From Candidatus Latescibacterota bacterium (GTDB lineage Bacteria > Latescibacterota > UBA2968 > UBA8231), in the NCBI GenBank assembly GCA_963422735.1, contig OY730476.1, forward strand, positions 3,936,001-4,000,000: DNA of 64,000 nt, read 5' to 3'. The notes under the pieces were generated by a model, which had not been told where the DNA came from, did not search any database, and worked only from the letters and a program-made list of their open reading frames with translations. Positions 10,313 through 20,978 of this stretch are shown one piece after another. Position 1 is the stretch's first letter. Each line of letters starts with the position of its first letter. Both the position numbers and the translations under genes were made by a program.

Positions 10313-10740
10313 TCAGCCATCAGCCCGTACGCCCAAGCCGTGTACATAGACCAATTCGCTGCCGCAGTAGCCCGTCCACAAGACCAAGCCGCCGATCAGG
10401 ACGCCGAGGGCGATCCACGTATAGAGCGGCCACCCCGCAAGCCGTCCCTTGAGGTGCAAGGGCAAGCGTCCGAGAACGGCCCCCAATCCCAACAGCAAAG
10501 TCCAAGTAGCGAGGGAGTCGTGCGTGGCTAACGACGCGGCGGCCGGCCTTCCCAAGCCTTGGCTGCGGCTGCGTTGCCGCTGAGTACGGCTGCCGTTGCC
10601 GCTAGTACGCCCAACACCAGCAAGCCGTACGCTAGATGGTGTCCGGCGCGGCGACCTAGCCACAGCGCACCTAGATCGCACAGTGGACTCAGCGACAAGA
10701 GCGCGATGGGGTAGTGGACGATGAAGGGATGCCAATCCAT
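10313..10740 (-). pseudogene. DUF2231-like membrane protein, frameshifted near 10545
   Basis: One frame 'WHPFIVHYPIALL'; another frame 'THDSLA...WTGYCGSELVYVHGLGV'. Confidence 0.7.
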
Positions 10741-10765
10741 ATTGTTAAGGATAGCTAAGTAAAAC

Positions 10766-10855
10766 AGTGGTTAGTGGCCAGTGACCAGTTCCAACCCATC
10801 CTCGGGCCGGCGCGGACTAACCACAGGCCACTAACCACAGGCCACTAACCACTAA
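10766..10855. repeat. Inverted heptamer-repeat hairpin, copy 1
   Basis: AGTGGTT AGTGGCC AGTGACC ... AACCACA GGCCACT AACCACA GGCCACT AACCACT. Confidence 0.75.
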
Positions 10856-10871
10856 TTGCGGAGCATGCCCC

Positions 10872-12164
10872 ATGGCCACAGACCTGTGCCAACACATCGC
10901 CGATACGCTGCTAATCGACACGCACGAGCACCTGCGCCCCGAGCGCGACTGGATCGAGAACGGCCCGGACATCCTGCAAGACCTTTTTGGCAACTACGTG
11001 CCCGCCGACCTGATCGCCGCCGGTGCTACTCGCGAGGACTTGCACAAGCTCAACGACGCTTCCGACCCGGACTTTGGTGCGCGCTTTGACCGCATCCGCT
11101 CGGCCTTTGCGGCCATCCGCTTCACCGGCTACGGCGAGGCCGTGCGCATCCTCGCGCACGAAGTTTACGGCATGGCCGATTTTAGCGGAGACGAGCTGCA
11201 CAAGGCGCAAGAGAAACTCACTGCTTGGCGCCGGCCCGGCGGGCGGCACGAGTTGCTCAGCCAAGTAGGTCGGCTCGATCACGTGCAGACCGACGACTTT
11301 TCTTGGCCCTGCCCGCCCGACGAGTCCGGTGTGGACTTTTTCCTCTACGACTTGTCGTGGGCCACCTTTTGCAACGGCCAAATCGACGCCGAGGCCATTG
11401 AGCGAGAAACCGGCGTGGCCGTCACCGACCTAGCTAGCCTCAAGCAGGGCATGGAAGCCCTCTTCGCCCAGCACGGCCCCCACGCTATAGCGGTCAAAGC
11501 CCAGCACGCGTACAACCGCACGCTGCGCTGGGAAGAGCGCGCCGACGCCGACGCCGAGCGCGTGCTCCAACGCTTGCTGCAGGGCGCGGAACTCGACGAG
11601 CCGAGCCGGTTGCTTTTGGGCGACTGGTGCTGGGCACGGGGCACAGAGCTGGCGATCGAATACGAGCTGCCGTTCAAGATCCATACCGGCTACTACGCTG
11701 GCAACGACCGCATGCCCGTTGACCGCATCAAAAGCGGCCACCTCTGCCCCTTGCTGGCCCGCTACCTCGATTGCCGCTTTGTGCTGATGCACATTGCCTA
11801 TCCTTATTCCAACGAATTGGTCGCGCTGGCCAAACACTACCGCAACGCGTACGCCGACCTGTGCTGGGCGTGGTCCATTGACCCGTACAGCGCGTGCGAC
11901 TTTGTGCGCCGCTTTATCCGCGCCGCGCCCGCGTCCAAGCTATTCGCCTTTGGCGGCGACACCGGCTGGCCGACCAGCTCGGTAGCCTACGCGATTCAGG
12001 CGCGTCGCTGGCTCGCCCGCGCACTGCAAGGCGAGATAGACGACGGCTTATTGACCGAGGCCGAAGCCATAGAGCTAGCGACGCGCTTTATGCGCGGCAA
12101 CCAAGAGGCCTGTTTCGACTTGACTGGGACGCGGCAGGTGCTGCGGGTTTCAGCGGCTAGCTAG
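10872..12164 (+). CDS. Amidohydrolase-family metallohydrolase
   Basis: 'IDTHEH', 'KIHTG', 'LMH', 'FGGD'. Confidence 0.85.
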   Translation: MATDLCQHIADTLLIDTHEHLRPERDWIENGPDILQDLFGNYVPADLIAAGATREDLHKLNDASDPDFGARFDRIRSAFAAIRFTGYGEAVRILAHEVYGMADFSGDELHKAQEKLTAWRRPGGRHELLSQVGRLDHVQTDDFSWPCPPDESGVDFFLYDLSWATFCNGQIDAEAIERETGVAVTDLASLKQGMEALFAQHGPHAIAVKAQHAYNRTLRWEERADADAERVLQRLLQGAELDEPSRLLLGDWCWARGTELAIEYELPFKIHTGYYAGNDRMPVDRIKSGHLCPLLARYLDCRFVLMHIAYPYSNELVALAKHYRNAYADLCWAWSIDPYSACDFVRRFIRAAPASKLFAFGGDTGWPTSSVAYAIQARRWLARALQGEIDDGLLTEAEAIELATRFMRGNQEACFDLTGTRQVLRVSAAS

Positions 12165-12302
12165 GTTGCATTAGGGCAGGAACGCCAACAGACGCTCGCG
12201 GTGTGCCCGGACTTTCTACCTTTATTCACCACAAGCCCGCTACCGAGTCGCGGTGAAGCGTTCGGGTCGTGACGTTTGCATAGGTGCGGCCCAAATCGGC
12301 AT

Positions 12303-12443
12303 CTAGCGTGGAAATATCGGCGAAACGTCCAAAAAGGTTGTCTTGCCAGACGCATTCGGCCCAACGAGGACGTGAAAAGGGCGCAGCGGCCTATGTACAT
12401 ACCGCAAACAGCGATAATTCAAGGCTTCAACTCGCGTTATCAT
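12303..12443 (-). pseudogene. N-terminal fragment of an AAA_15/AAA_21-type ATPase
   Basis: Hand translation MITRVEALNYRCLRYVHRPLRPFHVLVGPNASGKTTFLDV, then an early stop; Walker A present. Confidence 0.7.
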
Positions 12444-12604
12444 CAGTCGGCTCCATCTGCGTTGTCTGTCATAGGGCTATTCATAAACCAAATTTTACTT
12501 TGCGGAATTCTTCTAAGACTAGACGCGAGAAAACGCTCAGCAATTATAGCGCAGCATCGCTCTTTAGTCCGCATCTTCTCCGACGCCACAGTAAGCCACT
12601 CACC

Positions 12605-13339
12605 CTACTGAAACAACTGCGTCGTCGGCTTGATCACCAAGAGGGGTACGCAGGCGCGGGGCGGCAGCGAGGCGACGAAGAGCGCGGCTTGGGCTAGCTC
12701 TTCGGGTTGCAACATGGCGGCCCGGCGTTGGGCACTGACGGGTTCGGGCCGCTGGGCCAAAATCGGCGTCTCTACCTCGCCGGGACAAATCGCGCAGGCG
12801 CGGATGCCGGACGCGACTTCCTCCTCGTTGATCGAGTTGGTTAGAGCCACCGCCCCGTGCTTGGAGGCTGAGTACGCGGCACCGGCCAGCTTGCTGGCCC
12901 GCAGGCCGGCGATGGACGAAATCGTGATGATGAGACCGTCGTTTTTTTGCCGCATCCCAGGCAGCACCGCCCGCACCATGTTGTACACCCCGGTGAGATT
13001 GATGGCAATGGTCTGGTCCCAGTCCTCGGGTGCCACTGCGCCGACCGCACGCGGATTGGTGTTGATGCCGGCGTTGTTGACTAGTACATCGACAGCACCC
13101 CACTCGGCCTTGACAGCCGATGCTAGGGCTTCGACAGCGCGGCGGTCGGATACGTCGCAGGAGTAGAGCAAAATCCGATCGGCATCGAGGCCAGCGGCCG
13201 CGGCAGCGAGCGGCTCAGGACGTCGGCCAACAAACGCCACCCGCGCTCCTGCGTCAGCAAAATCGCGCGCTATGGCCGCGCCGATCCCAGTGCCCGCGCC
13301 GGTGACTACAACGACGTTATCGGCGAATTGCTGCATCAT
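12605..13339 (-). CDS. Short-chain dehydrogenase/reductase
   Basis: 'TGAGTGIG', 'NNAG', 'YSASK'; start overlaps the upstream stop. Confidence 0.92.
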   Translation of the reverse strand: MMQQFADNVVVVTGAGTGIGAAIARDFADAGARVAFVGRRPEPLAAAAAGLDADRILLYSCDVSDRRAVEALASAVKAEWGAVDVLVNNAGINTNPRAVGAVAPEDWDQTIAINLTGVYNMVRAVLPGMRQKNDGLIITISSIAGLRASKLAGAAYSASKHGAVALTNSINEEEVASGIRACAICPGEVETPILAQRPEPVSAQRRAAMLQPEELAQAALFVASLPPRACVPLLVIKPTTQLFQ

Positions 13340-14805
13340 TCCGCTCCCTTTTTGAGTGCTTGCAAGTGCTGGGCTTCCTCGCGCTGCTTGTAAAACGAGT
13401 CGAGGGGAAAGCAGCCGGAAATCATGCCGTTGCGTGGCGCGGTCGTGCAATCGGAAAACGTGCGGCAGATGAGGCGGCGTTGCAGTTGGCCGGTTTGCAA
13501 CACGTCGCAGGGCAGGTCGGGATAGGACAAAACCATCCGCCCCAAGCCGATAAAATCTACCATGCTCGCCCGCACGAGAGCTTGCCCCACGTGTGGCAGA
13601 TACTCCTGCAAGTAGGAATAACCCGACCCGACGAACAGACTGCGCGGGAAGCGCGCCTTGAGCCGGGCGACCACTTCTACTTGCCGCGCCACCCCGCACA
13701 GCGGGTCTTCCGGTGGCAGGTATCCATCGGAAGGGGGAAAGAGCGCTGGCCGCTGGATGTGCGGATTATAGTAAGGGCTGCCACAGGACAGGTTAAACAG
13801 CTCCACGCCCAAGCTTTCCAACGAGGCGATGAACTGCTCGGCCTCGCCTAAGTCAAGTTGCCGAGGATCGGCCTGATTGACCCCAAAGCCGTACTCGTAG
13901 GGCAGGCAGCTTTGGTGCGGCTCGGGCACCCCATGCCCGGGCTTGCCGTCGATACTCGCGTCTGGATCGGGCCGGAAGGGCACCAAGTCGAAGGCACTCA
14001 GCCGTACGCCGATGCCGAGGCCGGGTGCTCGGTTGCGGATCCCCTCGATGATGGAGCGGACAAAGCGCGTGCGATTTGTAAAAGAGCCGCCAAAAGGGCC
14101 GGGCCGCGTAAATGCGCTGAGGAATTCGTGCCCTAGGTAGCCGTGGCAATGCTTGATATCCACGAAGTGGTAGCCCAACTCATGGGCGATTTGTGCGCTA
14201 GTAACATAGCGGTCGATCAACTCCTCGATATAGGCGTCCGTCAAGAGCGGATGGTCCGCGGCAAGGCCGAATTTGCAATCCAAGATCGGGTGGTGATAGA
14301 GAATGGCTGGCGCGGCTCGATCCTTGCAATAGGGCCGGCAAAACCGCCCCGAATGCGTTAGTTGCAGCCCGAGGAGCAGGTCGTCGGTGGTGCCGAATCG
14401 CTCGCGGTGCGCCGACAGGAGGATGTCGCGCAGCTCGGCCATGCCGGCGCGGTTTTCTTGGCGCGCCATGAGCTGGTTCGGGTTGGCGCGGCCCTCGGGC
14501 ACCACGGCAAACGCCTCCCCGCCCCAGATGAGCTTGGCCCCGCTGCGCCCGAAATTCCGCCAGCGTCGGCGCGTCAAGTCGCTGGGCTGGCCGTCCTTAG
14601 TCCCATCCCACCCTTCCATCGGCTGAATGGCAAAGCGGTTGCCGATGCGGATGTCGCCGCTGCGGGCCGCTTGGGCCAGCGGGGATGTGGGGGCGGTTGC
14701 TATCTGGTCGTCGCAGGGCAATTCCGCACCTAAACGGGCCAGATGGGCGCGGAAATCCGCCGCCTGCTTAAAGCTAGAGATGCGCGGATAACGCACCTTG
14801 GCCAT
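13336..14805 (-). CDS. NADH:flavin oxidoreductase (Old Yellow Enzyme family)
   Basis: '[10 protein letters not shown]', 'QLTHSGR', '[13 protein letters not shown]', '[10 protein letters not shown]'. Confidence 0.88.
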   Translation of the reverse strand: MAKVRYPRISSFKQAADFRAHLARLGAELPCDDQIATAPTSPLAQAARSGDIRIGNRFAIQPMEGWDGTKDGQPSDLTRRRWRNFGRSGAKLIWGGEAFAVVPEGRANPNQLMARQENRAGMAELRDILLSAHRERFGTTDDLLLGLQLTHSGRFCRPYCKDRAAPAILYHHPILDCKFGLAADHPLLTDAYIEELIDRYVTSAQIAHELGYHFVDIKHCHGYLGHEFLSAFTRPGPFGGSFTNRTRFVRSIIEGIRNRAPGLGIGVRLSAFDLVPFRPDPDASIDGKPGHGVPEPHQSCLPYEYGFGVNQADPRQLDLGEAEQFIASLESLGVELFNLSCGSPYYNPHIQRPALFPPSDGYLPPEDPLCGVARQVEVVARLKARFPRSLFVGSGYSYLQEYLPHVGQALVRASMVDFIGLGRMVLSYPDLPCDVLQTGQLQRRLICRTFSDCTTAPRNGMISGCFPLDSFYKQREEAQHLQALKKGAE

Positions 14806-15557
14806 TAAGGGGCCTCCCGGCGTTGCAGATACAGCATCAGCCCCAAGCCGAAGGCGATCATGGCGATGCTGAGGAGTTGGGCTTGGCTCAGGTCCCACAG
14901 CACACGCGGGTTGATTCGAATGAATTCCACCAAGAACCGCGCCAGCCCGGCGAGGATGAGATAGAGGCTGAACAACAGGCCCGAAGTTGCGACGTGGGTC
15001 CGTCTCCTCCACAGGAAGGCAGCGATCCCCAAGTGCGCGAGGGTTTCGTACACTGGCGCGGGATGGACCTTTTCAAGGGTCGGCACCACCCCGTTGGGAT
15101 AGGCCATGCCCCAGGGAAGATCCGTCGGCACCCCGTAGTCGCCATCGCCGGCGAGTTGGCAGCCGATTCGCCCGATCCCGTAGCCCACGGCAAGGGCAAT
15201 GCCCATCGAGTCGGCGACTTGGCCCAGCGGCGCACTGTGGCGGCGAATTTGCCAAAGTGCGCCAGCGGCGGCGACGACAAATCCCCCGTACCAAGTCAAG
15301 CCGTAGCCGGAAAACAGTAGGTCGAACACGTCGCCCCAAGTCTCAGGAGACGTTTCAAATATCACAAAGTAGAGCTTGGCACCGACTAGCCCGCCGATCA
15401 TACAGGTGGTGACAATCGTCGATCCCAGCTCTTCGTGTAGCCCTTGGCGCTTGAACTCGCGGTTGAGCACATGCAGGGCCGTTAGGAAACCGAGGGCGAC
15501 CATGAGGCCAAACGTGCCAATGTTAATGGGACCGATCTCGAATAGGTAGGGATACAT
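14805..15557 (-). CDS. lgt: Prolipoprotein diacylglyceryl transferase
   Basis: 'GLTWYGG', '[14 protein letters not shown]', 'HPAPVYE', 'RFLVEFIR'. Confidence 0.9.
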   Translation of the reverse strand: MYPYLFEIGPINIGTFGLMVALGFLTALHVLNREFKRQGLHEELGSTIVTTCMIGGLVGAKLYFVIFETSPETWGDVFDLLFSGYGLTWYGGFVVAAAGALWQIRRHSAPLGQVADSMGIALAVGYGIGRIGCQLAGDGDYGVPTDLPWGMAYPNGVVPTLEKVHPAPVYETLAHLGIAAFLWRRRTHVATSGLLFSLYLILAGLARFLVEFIRINPRVLWDLSQAQLLSIAMIAFGLGLMLYLQRREAP

Positions 15558-15559
15558 AA

Positions 15560-18500
15560 TCAGATATTTTTGCGGCCCAGAGCCTCGATCTGTCGCTTAA
15601 GTGCCGCGGCGATCTCGTAGTAAATCTCATAGGGGCTCAACGTCTCGGTGCATCCCTTAAAAGAGATAGTTTCCAAGGGAGGGCCAAAGAGCAGGCGCAA
15701 GGGGTGGCGCGCTGGTTTGCGCGTCCCCTTGGGCAAGGCTTCGCGGGTGCCGGCAATGTGCAGGGGCACTACGGGCGCGTCCAGCTCGTAGGCCAAAAGC
15801 CCCACGCCCGCCTTAAACGACTGTAGCTGGCTGCTGACCGAGCACGTGCCTTCGGGAAAGACCAGCAGCGGGCGGCGTACCCCCACCGATTGCCGCGCCC
15901 GTACCAAGCCTGCGGCAAAGTCGCCGTGGCCGTTGAAAGGGACGGCGTTGACAAAGGTGTACAAAAACCAGCGCAGCTCGGAGTCGGCAAGGTAATGCTC
16001 GCTGGTTGCGATATTGAGGTGGTCCACGTGGGAGCGCACGGCCGCGTACACGCAAGCACCGTCGAGATGGCTGGCGTGGTTGGCGGCAATCAGGTATGGC
16101 CGATCTTGCGGCAAGTGCTCTAGGCCACCGGCCCGGAGGTCGAAAAAGCGGCGGAACAAAGGGCCGCCGGTCTCCCACAGGATTTCCTGCAGCATCTTTT
16201 TGCCGGCCTCGCTTTCTGGCTCGGCACTCGGCTCGGCGTACAAAATGCCCGACCAGTACGCGGGCGACCGCTCCACCTCCCAGTCCACCCCGTCGCGCAA
16301 GTGATCCTCTATCTGTGCCAAGACGCTGCGGAGCGTGCTCTGTGTACGCAAAAACCCATCGACTTGGGTCCCCAGCCGCTGGCCGAGCCACGCGGCGAAC
16401 TCCACCGCCATCAGCGAATCCAGCAAGGTATCGAGTGGCGCGTCTATATGAGCCGCTACTTCTCCGGTGCTCAGACCAGCGAGCAGGCCGATTTGGCGCT
16501 GGATCGCCCGCTCCCATTCCGGCAGGGCTGTGCCCGGGCAGTCTTCGCTCTCGATGGCGGACAACAGGGCTTGGCGGTCCACGGTGCCGTCGTCTAGCCT
16601 CGGCAGCGGTCGGGTCCAAAAGTGCAGGCACTGGATCCGGTGATGGCTGGGCAAGGTGCGCGAAATCTCGTAGGCCTCGCGCAGGGCCTCGGCTTCCTCG
16701 GCGTTGCGGTTGAGCACGGCCACGCCGCGCACTTCTTCATCCCCAGTGCGAGCCGAGGGCACGCCGACTACGCTCAGCTCGGCCACATGCGGCAAGCCGT
16801 AGTAGAGCGATTCAACTTCGCGTAGATAGGCGTTGTGGTCAGCCCCATTGACGAGCAGGTCTTTGCTCCGCCCTTCGACGAAGAGATATCCTTCGTCGTC
16901 GAGGCAACCAAGGTCGCCGGTATGTAACCACCCGTCGCGCAACACCGCTTGGGTTAGCTCCTCTTGGGAGAAGTATCCCTTCATGACGTTGGCACCTTGC
17001 ACCAAAACCTCGCCGACGCCGCGCTCGTCCGGCTCGGCGATCTGCACTTGCTGCCCAGGCAGCACCTGTCCCACCGACCGGGCTTTGTCCTGCTTGGGCG
17101 CGTTGACCGCCACGATTGAGGCCGCTTCGCTCAGTCCATATCCTTGACAAATCGTCACGCCGAGACGCTCATAAGCGCCGATGAGGTCGTCAGACAGAGC
17201 CGCGCCGATGCTGACGACCCGCCTCAGAGCGGCTAGCGCAGCCGTAGCTCTGGCCCCGAGGTGCTCGATGCGGTCGGCCAAGACGCGCAACAGGCGCGGC
17301 GCGGTCAACAGCACGGTCGTATCCGTATCGCGCAGGGCTCGGAGTATCTCGCGGCTGTTGACAGCCTCTAAATACGTGATGGTGGCCCCGCCGACCAGTG
17401 GCAGCAGCAAGCCGCCGGTGAATTCGAGAGCTTGGTGCAGAGGCAGAGTCGAGAGCATGCGGTCGGATTCGTAGATGCGCAGCACCTCGCCTTGGGCGAG
17501 GACGTTGGAAATGAGATTGCGATGACTCAACACCACTCCGCGCGACTCGATGACCGAGGTAAAGATGATCGACGCCGTGGCGTCTGGCTCGACTCGCGGC
17601 GGCTTCCAAGGGCCTTCTCCGACGGACGCGGCTGACTCGGGAGCGCACCCGAACGGCAGACCGTCGCGATCTAAATTAAAAAAGGCCATCTCCTTGTGGG
17701 CTGCCACGCCCTCGGGTGAGAGCTGGGAAAAGCACTTTTCCGCTGCAATCAACGCCTTCGCTTGGACAAAGTCACACAGCCTCCAGATGTCTTCCTCGTG
17801 CGTCTGCGGGTCGATGGGCACGACTGCTAGCCCGTGCAGGCTGGCCGCCATGTAGGCGACGACCCACTCCGGCCCGTTGTCCCCGCATAGCAGGACCCGT
17901 GTACCAGCCGACATGCCCTGTGCTTGCCAACTGCGTGCCACGCGCTCGGCGCGGGTGATCAACTCACCGTAGCTGATCCGCGTCCAGCCGGCTCGGCGCT
18001 CGATTTGCAAGGCCGTTCTGGCGGCGTAGCGGCCGCAGGCCCAGCGCAACAGGTCCGGGATAGTGCGGATGCTTTCCTCGATGCGCCAGCGCTGCTCTTC
18101 GCCCCCCACTTCGCCCGGTGCCGCGCTCAACGGCTCTTGGTCGTCGGCCCCGCCTAGCTCGTGGCTCCGGAGGCCGGGTAGGTGGGTCTTTTGATAATAT
18201 TGATACCAGTCGATCCGCCGTACGTCCATGTTGAATATCCGCTGCTCTTCGGGGGGCAGCGACTCGTAAAGGGCCAACATGCGCTTGGTTTCATAACGGC
18301 AATCGAGGGTCGTGTACGGGCTGAACAGGTCGGTGAAGTACTGGACGCGCTTGAGCCGCGTCTTGAGCGCGGCCAAGCGGCGCTTCTTCTGGGCCGGTGC
18401 CCAACGCTCGGGCAGGTATTCGTAGAGCTTTTGCTTTATCTCTAGAGGATAGAGGTACTTCCAGTTGAAGACGCGCTGGAAGCGGGCTACCGTCGGGAAG

Positions 18501-19768
18501 GTCCAATCCACTAGCTCGGGCCGCGAGCCGTCCTTGTTGAGGAGGGGGTGCTCCTCAAAATAGCCTTTGACGTACTTGAACATCCGGGTGTTGGGTAGCG
18601 GGTTTTCTTCGCTGGTCGCCGCGTGGAAGACTTCCACGGTGGAGGCCGTGGCCTGCGCGGCTGCGGTCAGCACGGTATTGACGACGATGTCCACAGGTAC
18701 CAAGTCCATGGGTGCGCCGATTGCGGCTGGGAAGTCCGGGACGATCCCCCGCCCGTAGGCCACCACTAGCGGATCGGTCACTTTAAGCCCGTGTATCCAG
18801 CCTGGATGCGGGTCTTCGAGCGCACCTTCGGTGACGCTGGGCCGCACGATGGCCAGCGGCACTTGGCCGCGGTGCTTGACGAGTAGTTGTTCGCCCATGG
18901 CCTTGGTAAAAGTGTACACGTCATTCCAGCCATGCTGCCGCGCTCGGCGCATCCCTTCCTCGACCAGCTTGCGCTCGATCCAGCGGCGACAGCGGTCGTC
19001 AATCAGCTTTTGCAAGCGGCTGTCCGAGAGTGTGCGGCGGTGGCTCTGCTCGACGATCTCGCGGCGGAATGCTTGCTGTTGCTCGGTGCTTTGCGCTTGG
19101 GCACGGATTGTTTGGCAGAGGGCTTGCGCTTGGGCGATCTCTTCTTCGGGGACGAAAGGTTGTGGAGGCGTGCTGCCGTCGATTAGGTGCTGAATGGTGC
19201 GATCGACCGGCAGTACTCGCTCGGGGACGGCACCGGTGAGGCGCCCGTTGACGTACGCGGTTGATACGTGTACTAAGATGGGCTTTTTGCGGCCTTCGCG
19301 GGCCAGCCGCAAAAGCTCCTGAGGTGCCAAGGTGTTGAATTGGATCGCCGAGTCGAGCGGTTCGTCGAAGGTGACGCTGGCCGCGTTGCCGATGATGAGG
19401 TCAACTTCCGCAAGCAGCTCGTCGCGCGACACTTCGTCTAGCCCGAGGCCCGGCTGTCGCATGTCGCAGGCGAGGGCGCGCACCTTCTGTCGCGCCGCGG
19501 CAAAGGCGGCTGGTTCCTCTTGGCGGAAGCGGTCGAAGACGACCCGCTTGAAAAGCTCGTCCAGCCGCTCCTCTACCGGCAGTGCGGCCCCACCAGGACC
19601 CCGACCGGGCCGCAACACGAGGTACAAGCGCCGCACGCCGGGCAAATAGCGCAGGATCTTGGCCGTCAGCCCCTGCCCGTAAAACCCGGTGCCGCCGGTC
19701 AGCAATACGGTGCGGTCCTGATAGAATTCTCTAATCATAGCGGAATGCCCTGCCACAAGGAGGCTCAC
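15560..19768 (-). CDS. ElbD-like multidomain enzyme: fatty acyl reductase + AMP-binding + ACP + acyltransferase (start GTG 19768 or ATG 19738)
   Basis: FAR 'TGGTGFYG','HVSTAYV','YTFTK','RPS'; A-domain 'GYGLSEA','WLHTGDLG'; ACP 'LDSLM'; PlsC 'NHASHLD','FPEGT'. Confidence 0.88.
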   Translation of the reverse strand: MSLLVAGHSAMIREFYQDRTVLLTGGTGFYGQGLTAKILRYLPGVRRLYLVLRPGRGPGGAALPVEERLDELFKRVVFDRFRQEEPAAFAAARQKVRALACDMRQPGLGLDEVSRDELLAEVDLIIGNAASVTFDEPLDSAIQFNTLAPQELLRLAREGRKKPILVHVSTAYVNGRLTGAVPERVLPVDRTIQHLIDGSTPPQPFVPEEEIAQAQALCQTIRAQAQSTEQQQAFRREIVEQSHRRTLSDSRLQKLIDDRCRRWIERKLVEEGMRRARQHGWNDVYTFTKAMGEQLLVKHRGQVPLAIVRPSVTEGALEDPHPGWIHGLKVTDPLVVAYGRGIVPDFPAAIGAPMDLVPVDIVVNTVLTAAAQATASTVEVFHAATSEENPLPNTRMFKYVKGYFEEHPLLNKDGSRPELVDWTFPTVARFQRVFNWKYLYPLEIKQKLYEYLPERWAPAQKKRRLAALKTRLKRVQYFTDLFSPYTTLDCRYETKRMLALYESLPPEEQRIFNMDVRRIDWYQYYQKTHLPGLRSHELGGADDQEPLSAAPGEVGGEEQRWRIEESIRTIPDLLRWACGRYAARTALQIERRAGWTRISYGELITRAERVARSWQAQGMSAGTRVLLCGDNGPEWVVAYMAASLHGLAVVPIDPQTHEEDIWRLCDFVQAKALIAAEKCFSQLSPEGVAAHKEMAFFNLDRDGLPFGCAPESAASVGEGPWKPPRVEPDATASIIFTSVIESRGVVLSHRNLISNVLAQGEVLRIYESDRMLSTLPLHQALEFTGGLLLPLVGGATITYLEAVNSREILRALRDTDTTVLLTAPRLLRVLADRIEHLGARATAALAALRRVVSIGAALSDDLIGAYERLGVTICQGYGLSEAASIVAVNAPKQDKARSVGQVLPGQQVQIAEPDERGVGEVLVQGANVMKGYFSQEELTQAVLRDGWLHTGDLGCLDDEGYLFVEGRSKDLLVNGADHNAYLREVESLYYGLPHVAELSVVGVPSARTGDEEVRGVAVLNRNAEEAEALREAYEISRTLPSHHRIQCLHFWTRPLPRLDDGTVDRQALLSAIESEDCPGTALPEWERAIQRQIGLLAGLSTGEVAAHIDAPLDTLLDSLMAVEFAAWLGQRLGTQVDGFLRTQSTLRSVLAQIEDHLRDGVDWEVERSPAYWSGILYAEPSAEPESEAGKKMLQEILWETGGPLFRRFFDLRAGGLEHLPQDRPYLIAANHASHLDGACVYAAVRSHVDHLNIATSEHYLADSELRWFLYTFVNAVPFNGHGDFAAGLVRARQSVGVRRPLLVFPEGTCSVSSQLQSFKAGVGLLAYELDAPVVPLHIAGTREALPKGTRKPARHPLRLLFGPPLETISFKGCTETLSPYEIYYEIAAALKRQIEALGRKNI

Positions 19769-19911
19769 TGCGCGGGACGCTTAGGATCGCGACCCTTGCC
19801 GCCGCACCGATTCCGGTCTAGCCCTTGCTTTGTGATATAGGGGTGTTCGACCTGTTTTTCCAGTTCGCGGCGCTTGTCGGCCCACTCGATGTCCCGTTTT
19901 CGCTTGGCCAT
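19765..19911 (-). CDS. Putative 48-aa basic protein
   Basis: MAKRKRDIEWADKRRELEKQVEHPYITKQGLDRNRCGGKGRDPKRPAQ; its TGA overlaps the GTG of the next gene. Confidence 0.5.
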   Translation of the reverse strand: MAKRKRDIEWADKRRELEKQVEHPYITKQGLDRNRCGGKGRDPKRPAQ

Positions 19912-19977
19912 GTTTTGATGTTATCTTTGTATCAAGGTTAATCTACGCGCAAGGCCGCTCATAAGACAACCCAAGCT

Positions 19978-20883
19978 ATGTCCAAACACTGGGTCTTGAT
20001 AGCCAATCCAACGGCGGGCAGTACCCGCGCCCGCAGCTTCGCCGAGCAGGCCGCCCTGGCCCTGCAAGCTGCCGGCCAAGCGGTCGAATTGCACTACACG
20101 CGGGCCAAGGGCCACGCAGCCGAGCTGGCGCAGCAGGCCGTGGCCGAGGGTGCTGAGCGGCTCGTGGTCTGCGGCGGCGACGGCACGATCAGCGAGACGC
20201 TCGCACCCCTCGCTGGCTCGCACGCGGCCTTGGGGCTGCTACCCTGCGGCACGTGCAACGACTTGGCCCGCGCCCTCGCCGTGCCGCTCCGGGTGGAAGC
20301 GGCCATAGGCAACCTGCTCCACGGCAGGGTGCGCGCCATAGACTTGGGGCGGGCCGACGACCGCTTCTTCGCCACAATCGCCGCCTTTGGCTTTGACGCC
20401 GAAGTCAACCGTCGCATGGAAAGCGTCCAAGGGCCTCTGTCCGGGCGGGTCCGCTATATCCTGGAAGCATTGCGGCACGTCGCTTGCTATCAGCCGGCTC
20501 GGGTTCGCCTCTGCGGCGATTTCGGGGAGATTGAGCAAGAGGTGCTGCAAGTATCTACCGCCAATGCGCGGAACTATGGGGGCAATTTGTGCGTTGCCCC
20601 AGATGCCGACCTCGGCGATGGCCTCTTCGACGTGGTCGTCGTCGATGCGGTGCCGCGGCGGGCGATCCTGTCGCTGATGCTCCGCCTTTTTTGGCAAGGA
20701 CACATCCGCCATCCAGCCGTGCGCTTGATGCGCACGGCCCGCCTAGTGCTGCACACCGATGCGCCGCACAGCGTATATGCAGACGGCGACTACTTGGGCC
20801 AGACGCCACTCGTGCTGGAAATTAGCCCGGCCGCTCTGCAGGTGGTGGTGCCGAGTTCTTGCTCGCAGGGGGTGCGTTGCTGA
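19978..20883 (+). CDS. Diacylglycerol/lipid kinase (YegS/BmrU family)
   Basis: 'IANPTAG', 'GGDGT', 'LPCGTCNDLAR', 'NARNYGG', 'ADGD'. Confidence 0.92.
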   Translation: MSKHWVLIANPTAGSTRARSFAEQAALALQAAGQAVELHYTRAKGHAAELAQQAVAEGAERLVVCGGDGTISETLAPLAGSHAALGLLPCGTCNDLARALAVPLRVEAAIGNLLHGRVRAIDLGRADDRFFATIAAFGFDAEVNRRMESVQGPLSGRVRYILEALRHVACYQPARVRLCGDFGEIEQEVLQVSTANARNYGGNLCVAPDADLGDGLFDVVVVDAVPRRAILSLMLRLFWQGHIRHPAVRLMRTARLVLHTDAPHSVYADGDYLGQTPLVLEISPAALQVVVPSSCSQGVRC

Positions 20884-20884
20884 T

Positions 20885-20978
20885 GTTAGTGGCCAGTGGC
20901 CAGTGGCCAGTGACCAGTGGTCAGTGGTCCGTCCTCGCACGGCACCCTAGGGGAGAGGGACAGGCCACTAACCACAGG
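20885..20978. repeat. Inverted heptamer-repeat hairpin, copy 2
   Basis: (AGTGGCC)x3 AGTGACC (AGTGGTC)x2 ... CACCCTAGGGG ... GGCCACT AACCACA. Confidence 0.75.

Noticed and set aside
10766-10855. CRISPR array
   Set aside because: The units are 7/14 bp tandem repeats with no unique spacers, and there are no cas genes.
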